Below are positions 12,925 to 26,324 of a DNA stretch of 64,000 nucleotides, piece by piece (the first letter of the stretch is position 1; each line of letters starts with the position of its first letter). A program made the position numbers and the translations under genes. This DNA comes from Octopus vulgaris (Eukaryota), in contig OX597825.1 of the NCBI GenBank assembly GCA_951406725.2, positions 38,998,001 to 39,062,000 on the forward strand. Reading direction: 5' to 3'. The notes under the pieces are model-generated. The model ran no database searches. It saw nothing but the letters and a program-made list of their open reading frames with translations, and was not told where the DNA came from.

Positions 12925-13201
12925 TACAAAAAGTAAAAGTTCTACTTACATTTCGTTTGGGAGGTTGGGGCCGACCTCACCACACATTTGTGGGCCCCTG
13001 CTTTCTCCTCCTTCTTCAGATAGTCCGGCAAGTTCGCGATATGCCGGATGGCGTTTGGTTGTCTGTCTTTTAATTGTTTGAACGTTGTTTCCGCAATCCA
13101 CACACATCTCTCGTTTCGATCTTTGTATTTGTTGTACAGTCTTGCTGTGTGATGCGGAACCACAATATCGTTTATGCATTTGTTTTGCGTGTCATATTCA
13201 A

Positions 13202-14374
13202 TTAATATGAGTTCATTTTTTTGTCTTCTTTTTCTGGGCCAGTTGAGCGGGATTTTTTTTTTCGTGTCTGTGGTGTGTCTTTGTTTTTATTATTTTTTGT
13301 AGGGCATGTGGACGGGGATGATGCACGAATTCTTTTACGAACTGTTGTAAATCCCCCCTCTGATACCTCCATGGTATCGTCTGGGGTAGCAATAGTTTGT
13401 TCAGTAGGCGCCGCAGTTTTTAAGGGGGTGGGAGGTTTTAATAATGTAGGGGTTTGTGAGTGCGAGGGCTGGGTTTTTTCTTCAGTTTGTTTTGGGGTTG
13501 GCACCGTAACAGCAGGAGTGCGACTTTTTGTTTTTGTAGGGGTAGGTGAGTTTGCAAGGGTAGGGATTTTTTTATTATCTGAGGGGCCTGGTGTCTGCGG
13601 TTTCTTTTGCTTGTCTGGACAGTCTACACGAATGTGGCCCTTTTTGCCGCAGGCGTAACAGGTGGGTTTTCGGCCTTCGACCTGTACCCTGAGGGCCACG
13701 TTCTCACCCACGAGCACCCTCTCAGGAAGGAGCTGCAGGTCCTCCGGTGTTCCTTGAATTATTATATTAATGTCTCACCCAAGCCAATATAGAGGGGCAG
13801 AGCATGTTACCTGTATTATTTTAATTTTGTCCGTCATTTTATATAACAGAGCGGCCACTACCTGTACCGGATCTACTTCCGGCGGTGCTTCTGCAATCCT
13901 GACCCGGGACGTCCTGCGTCCCCTATAGCTTGGGAAAAGTACCACCTCCTTGGTTTTTAGGGGATTCACAGAATGCCCGCGGGCCACCTCTTCCCCCGAG
14001 AAGCGGACATCCACAGTGCCATATGCCCGTCCCCTGGCAACGAACACAATGTCCTTCCAAATCGGGGACAGGTATTTCTCGATAGTATTTTTTTCAAAGT
14101 GTTTGAACCTTCTGCTTTGTGGACAGGTTTTAAACACTACGGTCCGCTTCCCGGTCTCCACGATACTACCGGAGGGTGATATTTTAACATCACCACCCTC
14201 CTCTTTCATTCTTTTAAATAGCTCGACGAGCTGATTGACATTGATGTCAATGTTCTCGGTAGCCACTGCGGCTACCGCAGAAAACTTTTTACTACAGTTA
14301 ACATTGTTCTCCTCAAGAGCACTATTTTCGTGAATAATCTCAATAGACATTATTCTGTTGAAATTAGACAACAA
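13202..14374 (-). pseudogene. Tx1 ORF1 (gag-like with CCHC knuckle), frameshifted
   Basis: ORFs 13775-14374 and 13202-13717; CYACGKKGHIRVDC followed by a Pro/Thr-rich region and GGFTTVRKR. Confidence 0.85.
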
Positions 14375-14749
14375 AAAAATTACGAATATTGGTTTCCCAC
14401 AAAACTAGGAAACCTATAGAAAGTTTTTCTTCCAAAGCAGTTCAATGAGTGGTAAAAAGCAGTTCAAAAATTTCAATTCCCGCCCCCATTCTGGGGAGGG
14501 GCACGAGAATAGTCTGGCAAGACTATATATAGTCACGTAGATAAAAAAAGCCACAGTGGCTAACAGTTCAACAGTAACAAATTATCCAATTATTCCCCGG
14601 TAAAACCGGAGAACAAGACAGTTAAACAACGTTCAAAAACAAATTTTCAGTAGTAAAATTCAACAATTAACAACACAGCAAAACTCTTACCGGGAAGAAA
14701 ACGCGGCCAAACCGTAGTAAGGTAAGCAAAGTCACTCTTGAGTCAGTGA

Positions 14750-14787
14750 GGTTAGCAAGCTACTTACCACACAGCCACTCCTGCGCC

Positions 14788-14790
<3 letters not shown>
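14750..14790 (-). mobile_element. 5' head (A box) of the OK-type SINE split by Tx1
   Basis: Reverse complement ATAGGCGCAGGAGTGGCTGTGTGGTAAGTAGCTTGCTAACC continues directly into 9321 and below once the LINE and one TSD are removed. Confidence 0.92.
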
Positions 14791-14819
<29 letters not shown>

Positions 14820-14825
14820 TATATA

Positions 14826-14918
<93 letters not shown>

Positions 14919-15345
14919 AGGTTAGTTGAAATATGTTTGTCACATATTTCAACTGCTAAAGGCAAATACACTGCAGTTATCGTGGGCAAAATATCTGTCT
15001 TAGTGTAAAACGTGAAAACACCCAGTTCTTTCAGTGTCGCCCTCTCTCGGGAATCTTCATGCTGTGAGTTTAATGACTCTTGTTGATAGCTGAATCTATA
15101 CACATGTCATTGCACACCACAAATAAATACCCATGTATGTAAATCTTGCTAGACAAACCAACAGATGTAGGTGTACGCTTTGTCGCATGATGTGGGAAAA
15201 CATGTTTTTTCCATGTAGGGAATTAGATTAATTCAACTTCCTTGACTGAGGAATAATTGGCAATCTTACGTGGTTCATCTTGAAGTTTGTCACCGTGGTA
15301 TGCGACATATATTTTATAATAGAAATCAGAATGGACACACGCACA

Positions 15346-15402
<57 letters not shown>

Positions 15403-15404
<2 letters not shown>

Positions 15405-15721
15405 ACAATTGAGGGTAAAATTAATTAATTATTAATTAATTTCACCAAGTGTTCAGTATGCAAAGGGACCATTTAAGGCGAATTCAAATTATTACAATAT
15501 ATAAAAGGGCTTAGTAAAATAAATTACTTTGCCGCATACTGAACTCATTAGAAATAGCAGCTAAAAAACTTTTTAAAAACCATTTCTAATACTTAAAGAA
15601 AATCTCTCTCATATAGAGAGATTTTCTTTAAGTATTAGAAATGGTTTTTAAAAAAGTTTTTTAGCTGCTATTTCTAATGAGTTCAGTATGCGGCAAAGTA
15701 ATTTATTTTACTAAGCCCTTT

Positions 15722-15729
<8 letters not shown>
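15403..15729. repeat. Short probable PLE-terminus insertion with an about 234-bp near-perfect palindrome, embedded in (TA)n
   Basis: Palindrome 15496-15729 centred near 15612; 15403-15560 resembles the pLTR end at 8045-8200. Confidence 0.75.
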
Positions 15730-15766
<37 letters not shown>

Positions 15767-15867
15767 TATATGCATATATATATATTTCGCGAAGGCATTG
15801 TAATATTAAAAACCTGGTGTAGCACCAAATATACATGTGCCTCTGAGCAAAGAATTATTCGAGTAAA

Positions 15868-17379
15868 AGGTTGGTGTGTAGTAAGAAGCTTGCTTCCTAA
15901 CCAGATGGTTCCGGGTTCATTCATCCCCTATTTAGCACCTTGGGCAAGTCTCTTCTACCATAGCAACAGGCCGACCAAATCCTTGTGATTGGATTTGGTA
16001 GACGGAAACTGAAAGAAGCCTGTCGTTGGCCCTCTAATTGTTGAAAATAGCACCCTCCAAGAAAATGCCAAAACCATGTTTGAGATACTGCAGAAACAGT
16101 ACACCTCTGTTTTTAGCAATCCTGATATGCCGAATCTATACTGGATCAGTGATATTAACCCTGAAAACATTATATCGGACGTAATGTTTAGCGGCAATAA
16201 ACGAAAATAAACACAATTCACCGGCAGGCCATGATAGGTTCCCTGCTTGTGTCCTGTAGGTGTGTCCACACCAGCTTGCATCTCATCTTGCTAACCTGTG
16301 GAGGATCTCATTGTATGCTTGTTATATTACCGAAAACTTTCTATTCCAGTCTGTTGCCCCAGTTTTCACAAAGGGAAACAAGTCCCTTACAGTGAACTAC
16401 CGGCCGATCGCGCTCACTTCTCGTATCATCAAGGTATTCAAATACTCTACGCTCTTGAAAGCAACAGACTGTTGAACCCCAACCTAAATGGGTTCCGTAT
16501 TGGTAGGAACTGCCTAACGCAGCTCTTGCATCACCTTGATGACATTTTGAGAGCTTCCGGAGAGGGATCGAATAATGTTGTCATCTACCTTGATTTCAGC
16601 AAAGCTTTTGACTGCGTGGATCGTAAGATCCTCTTGAAAAACTATCCAACATCGGTATCTCTGGAAAGGTACTTCAATGGATCAAGTGTTTCCTGACAAG
16701 CAGAATCCAATGAATTGTAGTCGAAGTAGTAAAATCAAGCCGATTCAAAGTCAGTAGTGTTGTTTCTCAAGGCACTGTGTTGGGCCCACTTCTTTCATCA
16801 TCTACATCAATGATAATACTGACATCATCAAGGACAGTAACATAAGAATTTTTTAAGATGATTCTAAGATCTTGAGCGTTGTAAATTTAATGGGTGACTG
16901 TGCATGTCTTCAGTCAGATCTATTGGCTGTATTCTAATGGGAGAAAAACAATTATATGCTGCTCGCCGAGGAGAAATTTGAATTAATCCACTTCGGAAAA
17001 GAGGATACTGGGAAACTTCTATACTCCCTTCCTTCAGGTGAAACTCTCATGGCTTCCAACAACATCAGAGACGCCGGAGTGATTGTGGATAACATAAGTT
17101 GGGCCGCTCATATAAACAGGAAAGTTGACATGGCCGCAGAATGTGTTCCTGGATTTTTAGAACTATTCAGTCGAGAGATATCGACACCGGTATCCTTCTC
17201 TTCTCAACTGTTGCTGGAGCCCATTTTGAATACTGTTGTCCATTGTGGACATGCCTCCGTAAACAATAACTCTCTAATTGAGTGGGCCATGTTGTCTGAT
17301 TCCTGATTTAAATGACATTGCCAGGTGGTGCCATTAACTTAGACATGGCCTGGACCAATACTGACTGAATCCTATCAAA

Positions 17380-17419
<40 letters not shown>

Positions 17420-17620
17420 GTGTGTATGTATGTGGGTGGGTGTGCGCGTGTGTGTGTGTACATGTTTGTGTGTCGTGTGTTATATCCCCGTAACTTAGCG
17501 GCTTGGCAAAACGACCGATAGAATAAGTCCTGCGGTCGATTTGCTTGACTAAAGGCGGTGCTCCAGCATGACCGCAGTTAAATAACTGAAACAAATAGAA
17601 GAGTAGAAGCGAAGAGTATG
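15868..17620 (+). mobile_element. OK-type SINE interrupted by a CR1 fragment (head 15868-16026, tail about 17465-17620)
   Basis: Head ends GAAAGAAGCCTGTCGT; the SINE resumes after (TA)n/(TG)n with CCCCGTAACTTAGCGG..GGCGGTGCTCCAGCATG. Confidence 0.85.
16027..17381 (+). mobile_element. CR1-clade LINE fragment, 5'-truncated and internally deleted
   Basis: NYRPIALTS, GFRIGRNCLTQLL, VIYLDFSKAFD, QGTVLGP, EKFELIHFG; 3' end GGTGGTGCC..CATGGCC..CTGAA. Confidence 0.85.
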
Positions 17621-20600
17621 TATATGTATAAACACACTCACATACAGACAAACATACACTGAAATACACACATACGCTTTCTCAAAGCAAATTACTCTAA
17701 TATCATGAATTGAAAACACAAAACAAAAATGTAAATGGCTTCAAACAGCAAGATGACAAGAAGAGAGTATATGACATAAACAAACTATAACTGCTCCTCT
17801 TTAGCTGCTGAATCACCACACATAATATCAGAAATAGAATTTACTTAAATTAATGCCCTGCAGACAGGGTTTTGTTTCAGTGCCAAGCAATAGAAATTTA
17901 GGAAAGGAAATGAAGTTAGAAAGTGAAGTCTGATAAAAAAACAAAAAGAATAGAAAAATGTTTTATTAGCTAGACAAAAGCTTTTGACAATGCCGCCAAC
18001 TAATTTGCCGACTATTTTTCTAGATTGATCTGGATGACTACCAAATACCGTGTTCATTGTCTTCGTATTAGGGAATATAGATGTTTCTCTTGGGGAACAT
18101 GTATATTACTTATGTGATCAATTTGCACTTGTATTGCTACGTGGCTACGATAAATGTATACTTGGCCTAATTTATGCATTAAAAATGTCATATAAACCAA
18201 TAATAACACCATTCATAGTTATAATGACAATCAATGAAATATAATTAGAGAATTATTAAGATTTATAACTATATATATTTATGTTTATAGATATTAATAT
18301 ACGAAAATTCATATAAGGCTTTTTGTGATCACTTACAATACGGTAGAACAGCATTAATATCAGATGAAGAATAAAAGGAGTGGGAGGATGACAAAAAGCA
18401 GAAGGAAGATGAAGGGTAAGAAGAGAAGGAAGATGAAAAAGAAGAACAGGCAGACGAAGAAGAAGGAGGAGGAGATGCGTGCCCTCTTTATCAAACATAT
18501 CCGTTTCACAATATTGTCAAGGAATATACACAATGATACCATACTGTTTTGCAAAAGATACGGTATAAACAGGAAAGGTAAAAACATGACACACTAACAT
18601 TCTAACATAATTCTCCCAGAGTTGTTATACTTGCGAGGATTACATTGAAAGTCCACAAAATCAAGGCAAACTTGATCACAATGAATATCACTCCAATATA
18701 ACTTGTCTTTCTCAAGAGCAATATAGATTTGTCTGCCATGAACGTCATTGCAAATCACTTTTTAGTTATGTTGCCGTGGTCCGCATATTCCACTCCAAAT
18801 AAAATTTCCTTTTCAGGAAATTTAATTTCAACAAAGAGGAATGTATTTCTCTGAGGCTTTTCCAGTCTTGTATTCGGCACTTCCGATCGTGTCATGCACC
18901 CAACCGCTTTCATTATGTCTACCAGACATATAAAATCTACCGGCACATCCGGGCCAATGGGAAACGGTAGGGAAAAATTATATGGGAATAACTGGTAGCA
19001 GGTTCAGTCTTATATGTGATGACAGTTGTTCAACTTAACTCTCAATTTTCTGCGAGTGTGTACATAATAGTTTGTTTGTCACACCTACATCCAAGACAGG
19101 CCCGGATGACAATATTTCTTTGTTTGTTCAGATATTTTGTATCTAATCAAGTTCCTGGCAGAGTGCCTAGTCAGATATTTTGAGTAGTTACCCATCGACC
19201 TCGGAAAAACATCGCTCCCGAAAGGACCAGGAAACGAAATTTCATCGAAGAACATCAGTACATTTTCTCGTTGCTCATCTACCCGAAATCACATACATAG
19301 AACTTTCATCTGTCTCACAGCGTGGTTCATACTAAGTTGTAATCATATGACAATATTTAAGACGCAAAGCCCCCTTTCTTGACGTTTGTGTTACCAAAGA
19401 CCAATAGGAAGATATACATCTAACAAACGACGGCTACAATTGTTCAACACAAAGAATCACTGACAATGTCGTTGTGTCAGAGCCTGCCAACTCAACGCCA
19501 GTCAAGATATGTCCAAATTCTACACTCAACGTGTTTGACAGGGAAAATGGGCGCGTAACTAGTGGAATGAGCCCCTTCCTGAAAAGTCGGGATAATATCA
19601 CATGTTTTAAGATGCTCCATTTCACTTGAATGCAAATTGAGCACGACTGCATGCAGGTAATATATAACGATGGTGGGCTTCGGCCTCTATACCGACAAGT
19701 AATTTGTTCCGCTACATTTTGGCTCGTACTGGCCAGTTTGCTGATCAGTTTCTTCCAGTTCTTATCTACCTTTAAACTGAAGTGAAACCAAACAAGTTAC
19801 CATGATGTTGTTGACATTATGAGCCGAGTAATTCTGGTGCCTAGTTGAAGAACAACCAAATTTGCCTCCTTGATTTTGGTTCCTGTTGATGCCATGTCCT
19901 CCCTTAAAACATAAAATTTAATCAGGGTCTATATCACACACAGAATATGGTCCACGGAAAACAAATTAAAAGTGTTTGGCAAGTTTCGCCAGGTATCGTC
20001 CTTTCTACTTTTTTGACATATAATCATATTCCATAGCGCTAACATCGAAGCCTTCTTGTATCTCACGTTGAAAATGCTCGCAAACATTGGAGTCATTCCT
20101 GGGCGCAAATTTTATTTTTTCAGTTAGTTTTCTCGCTAACTTCACTTTCTCTATTTCTATTTCCATGGTAAATATTTTTGGGGGGAATGACTTTTGCTGA
20201 TGATGATTGCGGTCATTAACGCCTGCTTATCTAATACAATATTTCGGATTACATCTGAAACTCTTTGCGTCGTAAATAAGGTTAGTTTTCGTCACTAGCT
20301 CTTTGCACACGAAGCCTAAGTAACTCGGTCGTACAGCCCAAATATTTGTGAACTGCAGAGTAGAAGCTATTCAATTTTGGAAATTCTACGCTATTTCTAT
20401 ATTCTTCCGTTCGGACGCCTTAGTATTATAGAGATGGGTCGATGCGTTTTAACCATGTTCAAAATTATGCATATTCGACATCAAATTGTCACTTGGCAAA
20501 TATACACAAAAGTCTGAGCAATTTTGTGACTCTCTTGCGACTCTTGTCAAAGAAAATATTTATCCAGCGTTCGTAAAATATTACCCTCGTTCTGGTCTAA

Positions 20601-20898
20601 CGACCCTCCATGTTTGTTTACGTTCGGTTTCTTTGTCAGTCTCCACTGCCCTGTTTTTGTCCCAACTTTGACCCTCAATAAATCCCAAATTTATTTTGAT
20701 ACTTATGGGGGCAACTGTCTTCGAAGAATCATATTGCCGTTGAATGCTTGAAAGGCGGAGTAGATATACGGACGACTACTGATGAAGGGCCCTTCTTTAT
20801 GTTATCCTCCTGGTTTCCATTTGCTTCTTTCGTTGTTTGCGTATTGAACTCATTTGTTTTCGTAGTTCATATTGTTTACAGTTCGTGACGTCCTATAC

Positions 20899-20942
<44 letters not shown>

Positions 20943-20975
20943 GTGGCTAAAAAGCATTCGTGAAGTAAAATCACA

Positions 20976-23900
20976 TGATTTTACTTCACGAATGCTTTTT
21001 AGCCACTGCCATTTGGTGAATGAGAGAGTTCGATGCAGCTGCCCTCATCTGCACCTCCTGCCGTGAAGTTGGTTTATCTGGGACACCTGACAGGAAGAGA
21101 TCCAGTTTTATTTTAAATACATCTGCATCCACACCATGCAGGTCTCTCAGGTTCTTCGGGAGGTTATTGAAGAGCTGTGGGCCTCTGAAGCCCAGGCTAT
21201 CACAGTATCTTGTCCTACATCTTGATGGCAAATTTGGAGTCCTTGGCACCATGCAGTGGCACCCAGTTCTGGCATTTGTGTAACTCTTGATGCCAAAGTT
21301 TGGGACAAGTCCTTCTAGGATCTTCAAGATGTATATTATGGCATATCTTTCTCGCCTACGCTCTAAGGAATAGAGTCTTAATCTCTTGAGTCTTTCCCAG
21401 TAGCTTATGTGCTGCACAGAGGCTAGGCTATCTTCTTCGTGTAGCTTCGTTGGATCGCATCAAGTTCTGTGATTAACTTGACACTGGATGGTGACCATAG
21501 CTGAGAGCAATAGTCAAAGTGGCTTAGGACAAGTGTCCTCCAGAGGACCATCATGGTTTCCTGGTCTCTTGTTCTAAAGGTTCTAAGAATCCATCCGGTC
21601 AGCCGCCTACATTTCATTGCCAATTTAGCAACATGCACATGAAAGATTGCATCATAACTCATGTAAATACCCAGGTCTCGCACTGATTGTGTCTCTGAGA
21701 TTGCAGTCCCTCCATGTCCATTGTATTTATTGGGTATTGCATTTAGTTTTGCATGCTGATAGCATAAAGCTTCAAACTTTTCAGCATTGAACTGCATGCT
21801 ATTCTTTTCAGCCCACTTGTATATTTTGTCCAGCTCACATTGCAGGTGCTTAGTGTCTTCAGGGTTCTGTATTGCCTGTGAAACTTTTGTATCATCTGCA
21901 TAACTTGTGATCATGGCTCTCTGCGTGGCTGAGGGCATGTCTGAGAGGGGCATTAGGAACAGTAGTGGTCCCAAAACAGTACCTTGCGGAACACCGCTCA
22001 CTATTTGCGTGTTAATGGAAATGGCCGCATTGGCTACTACCACCCGACTTCTATCCTTCAGAAAGTCATGAAGCCATTCTCCCAATTTTCCAACTATGCC
22101 AAGATCACGCAGTTTATGACATATCATTCCATGATCGACTTTATCAAAGGCCTTTGCAAAGTCGAGATATATGACTTCCACATTTGAGTGGTTCAGCAGT
22201 CGTTTCAGCACCCAGTCAAAGTGATGTAGGAGCTGAGTTAAGCAGCTTCTTCCTGGTCGGAAACCATGTTGGGTGTCGGGCAGCAAGTTATTTTCTTCAA
22301 GGAAGGTGATTAGTCTCCTTCTGACTATTCGTTCTATGACCTTGCTGATTTGTGAGGTCAGAGAGATAGGTCTGTAGTTCTTGGCCTCCGCTCTGCTACC
22401 TCCTTTATGAATAGGGCATATTTTACTTTCCTTCAGATTTCTTGGAAGTTTGCCAGTTGCAAGGAAGCTCTGAAAGGGGACTCTGCAGTGGTCTTGCTAG
22501 GACTCCCTCACATACTTTTAGAAGGATTGCTGAGAATCCATCGGGGCCAGTAGCTGAGTTTGTTTTCATTTCATCTATAGCCTTTATTACATCATCTTGC
22601 TTTATATTGATGTAATCAATCATCACTGCCTCTGATTTTATATCTGCAGTGGTAAAGAAGTCAGTTAGATTTCTAACTTGAAAATACTCTTGAATTGCTC
22701 ATTTAGTATTTCACTTATCCTCATTGGATTTCCTGTGAGTGTGCCATCCTTTTCAAGGAGTGGCCCTATCTTACAGTGCACCGTAGCTGTTTCTTTGGCA
22801 TACCTGTAGAAAGCTCTGGGGTTAGATTTTATGTTGTCTATAGCCCAGGCTTCTTTGTCTGCTCTTTCTATTTCATGAGAGAGTTCCAGACATTTTTCAA
22901 TTTCCAACAGTTTTATTTTCAGGCGGGACTTTTTACTGCTTTCAATTTGTTTGTTTAAGCGATTTGAAACTTTTGTACGCCGTCTCATTAGAATTTTCCT
23001 CTCTCTGGGGATTTTGTTCTTGTGTACAGTGGCCTTTCTCTCTGGGACACATTTGTAACATATGGCTTGCATTACAGACATGAATTGTTGAAGTTTCATG
23101 TCGATGTCTGGCGAGGAGAGATATTCAGGCCAGTTTTGTTTGAGGATCTCTTTCTCAATTTGTTTCCAGTTTGCCTTATGGAAGTTCAAGCTGGAAAGAT
23201 TCTGGGAGTTTCTTGTAGGCTGCATGTCCATGCTTTCCTTTGGTCCGTACATGGTCAGCTCTACCATGTTGTGATCCGAGAGTAGTGTCGAGATCCATAT
23301 TATTTGTGAAGCAGAGATCCAGTATGTTACCTGCCCTGGTTGGTTGGAGCATTACTTGCTCCATGTACAGAGTGTTGATGAGGTTCAGGAGGGACCTCGC
23401 CTGTCCTCGTTCACATCGTGTCATTCCTGGGAGAGAAAGGCCTTCGGGCCATCTGACATTGGGTAGATTGATGTCTCCTATAAGAAGTACACTTATGTGT
23501 TGTTCTAATGTGACTAGACCTTTTTCTATTTTTATAAGGCAGTCTTCAAACTTCCCTACATGGCTTGGGGCATCTGGAGGGCGATATGTAGCACATATAA
23601 CTACACCAAGTTAACTAATATGTACAATTAGTGTGTCACACAGCGAATTTGAGTATGACAAAAGGACCTGGGGTGTGAGGTCCTCGCGGATTTACATAGC
23701 AACTCCTCCATGACTCCTTTCTTTTCTGTCGGTCCGTAGTACAACATACTGTGGTATGTGTATTTCCGCATCTGCTATGTCCGGTTTCAGGTGTGTTTCC
23801 GTAAGTGCTATGCATAAGGCTTAATTGCATGCAACAATGTCTCTCAAGAACGGGATTTTTGTCCTGTTACTGAGTGTTAGCAGTCCTCTGATGTTCAGTA

Positions 23901-24265
23901 AGAGCATTGAGGTGATGTGTATGCTGTTGCCGGTGGTGTCCACCTTGGGTCTATTTGCTGTGGCGGTCTTGTGTATTGTGAATAGTCCCATCTGCGAGAT
24001 TGAGTTTGATGTAGCCAGGTTAGCTGCTGTACAATCTTTTGTGCCATTTACAAAAAAGATTCTTGTTCAGCAGCCGCCCTTTCGATAACATGTTGGTAGT
24101 TTGTATCACGCACCACATCTGCGTACCTCCGTTTTGGGGCAGGTGGTGCGTGGTCCATTCCCTTTCATTTTGGTAGTAGGTTTCTGCCCTGTTTCATGTT
24201 TATGTGGCAAAACATATGGTGTGCAAAACGGCAGTCTGCACCTACCTCTCCATGCCAGGAGACAC
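20976..24265 (-). mobile_element. CR1-clade LINE (APE and RT, frameshifted), 3' UTR missing and replaced by a fold-back
   Basis: LLNIRGL, GDINLP, PTRAGNILDLCFTN, SATGPDG, QHGFRPGRSCLTQLL, YLDFAKAFDKVDH, GVPQGTVLGP, YADD, SYWERLKRLRLYSLERRRER. Confidence 0.93.
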
Positions 24266-25533
24266 CTTATATATATATATACAACATTAAAACTATATTA
24301 TACATACCTTTATGTATATAAAAAGAGAAACGTGTGTGGAGATACTGACAAAAAGTATGTGGAATACTCACAAATATCGACATATATGTCGATATTTTAA
24401 CGCATACACAAATTAAAAGCATAGTATTTAGATGTGTACGTATGCGCATAATGTTATTTATTAATATATTCCTATTAATTCATAAACACGCATATATGTA
24501 TAGATGTACTTCCACATACAGTGATGTGCATAATCGCTACGTAGAACAGCTTGATATCAGGAGTGCATACATGTGGTGAATGTAAAGTTTTGTAATAGTG
24601 AAGCATTTGGATGATAGGAGTGAGAGTGTTTATTATCAGTAGCTGCTGTTGCAAAACAAGAATGTAATTTAAATTAAACGATGGATAATATTATAATTTA
24701 CTTTTAATATGTTATGTTTACAAGTATTTACTAATTTTGGACTGAAGTTTAATTCTTTTTTTATTTGATAGAAGAGAAGTTTAAAGGCATTTCAGTATAG
24801 AACAGGTGCTGCAATCTTTATAGCGTTGCATATTTTTGTGTATGTGTAAAAATATTCCAATTAGTATAATATCATTATGGTGTAAGTGTTTAGAATTAAA
24901 TTACAACTATAAAAAATAAGTACAGTGTACTTTTTGTACTGCATACGAATATTGGTAATATACTTTAATATATTGGCCCTTTTATGAATTTATGACATTA
25001 AACTTGCTACTGTATATTTAATTGTTACCGTTATGCTATACATTATATTCCTCGCTAGACTGTTCTGTGCCTGTGAAGTAATACAAAAATATTACAATTT
25101 CACTTGCTTGTCATTTTGGATTGTTTAAAATTTTAGCAATGTTGTGTAACCCCAAAGACCAACATAAATTTAAATATGCTACTTCTATCACATATATCAA
25201 CGTTGGAGGTTTTTGCTCACCTTTGCCGCGTTCCATGGCGTTGATGTTTCTTTGTCTGATCTTGATGTATAAGCAGGTTATTAATATAGACAGGTATTTG
25301 ATATTTTGCGGAATAAACCTTTCTTTTCATGGTCTATTCTCCTTCATTTAAATCACTGATATATCAGCTGCATTTTGAAAGGGAAATAACATCGTACATG
25401 TAATGATTAATTTTCTGTTGTTGCTATTTTGTTACAAATAATCATTAGATGAAGAAGTAAAGAAGATTTCGGGACTGGCTAATTTATTAATTGAAACTAC
25501 AAAGCGATCATCAATCTTTTAAGTGAGCCTACT

Positions 25534-25610
<77 letters not shown>

Positions 25611-25619
25611 GTATATATG

Positions 25620-25651
<32 letters not shown>

Positions 25652-25740
25652 CATATATATATATGTATATGTATATATATACACATATATATATGTATAT
25701 GTATATGCATATATGTATATGTATATGTAAATGTGTATAT

Positions 25741-25775
<35 letters not shown>

Positions 25776-26259
25776 CAAACACACATACATATATGAATAT
25801 GAGTGTGTGTGTAATTGTGCGCGTGTGTTCGAATGTGCATACAAAACTATATGCAAACATGTCAGCAAGCACTCGCGCGAACATACATATGTGTTAGATT
25901 TCACATATTGCATGGCATCCCTTATCTTTAAGAGAATCTTTATGGCTTCTTATTTGTGGGGAAAGCTTAATGAATGTATGGTAAATTAATAATGATTATA
26001 ATCGAAAGACATTTACATATATTTATCATAAAGCTAAACAACCATTTTTAAAAAGTTCATTGATTTTCAAACGCTAGAAACAACAATTATACATCATCTT
26101 AATAAAGCAACCTTATTGTGTACTGGGAAAACTATATTTGTTGAAGTCTCTCAGCTCTCCTACCAAAATTTATTTCTTTTGTCACTAACTTCAGACATAG
26201 ATTTTACTTATATAAGGATATTCATGAATATAAATATAATACTGGTTTGCCGATGGTGA

Positions 26260-26307
<48 letters not shown>

Positions 26308-26324
26308 TACATATATATGTATAA

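Larger units (their letters stand above)
9322..14749 (-). mobile_element. Full-length Tx1/L1-clade non-LTR retrotransposon with 16-bp TSD
   Basis: GGTTAGCAAGCTACTT at 9306-9321 and 14750-14765; 5' UTR, ORF1 with zinc knuckle, ORF2 with APE, RT and C-terminal zinc finger. Confidence 0.93.

Noticed and set aside
20745-20795. GAAA...CTGATGA as a type II hammerhead
   Set aside because: Stems I-III do not pair convincingly.
24780-25420. Possible degraded RT (DVISLF) on the minus strand
   Set aside because: A single weak motif only.
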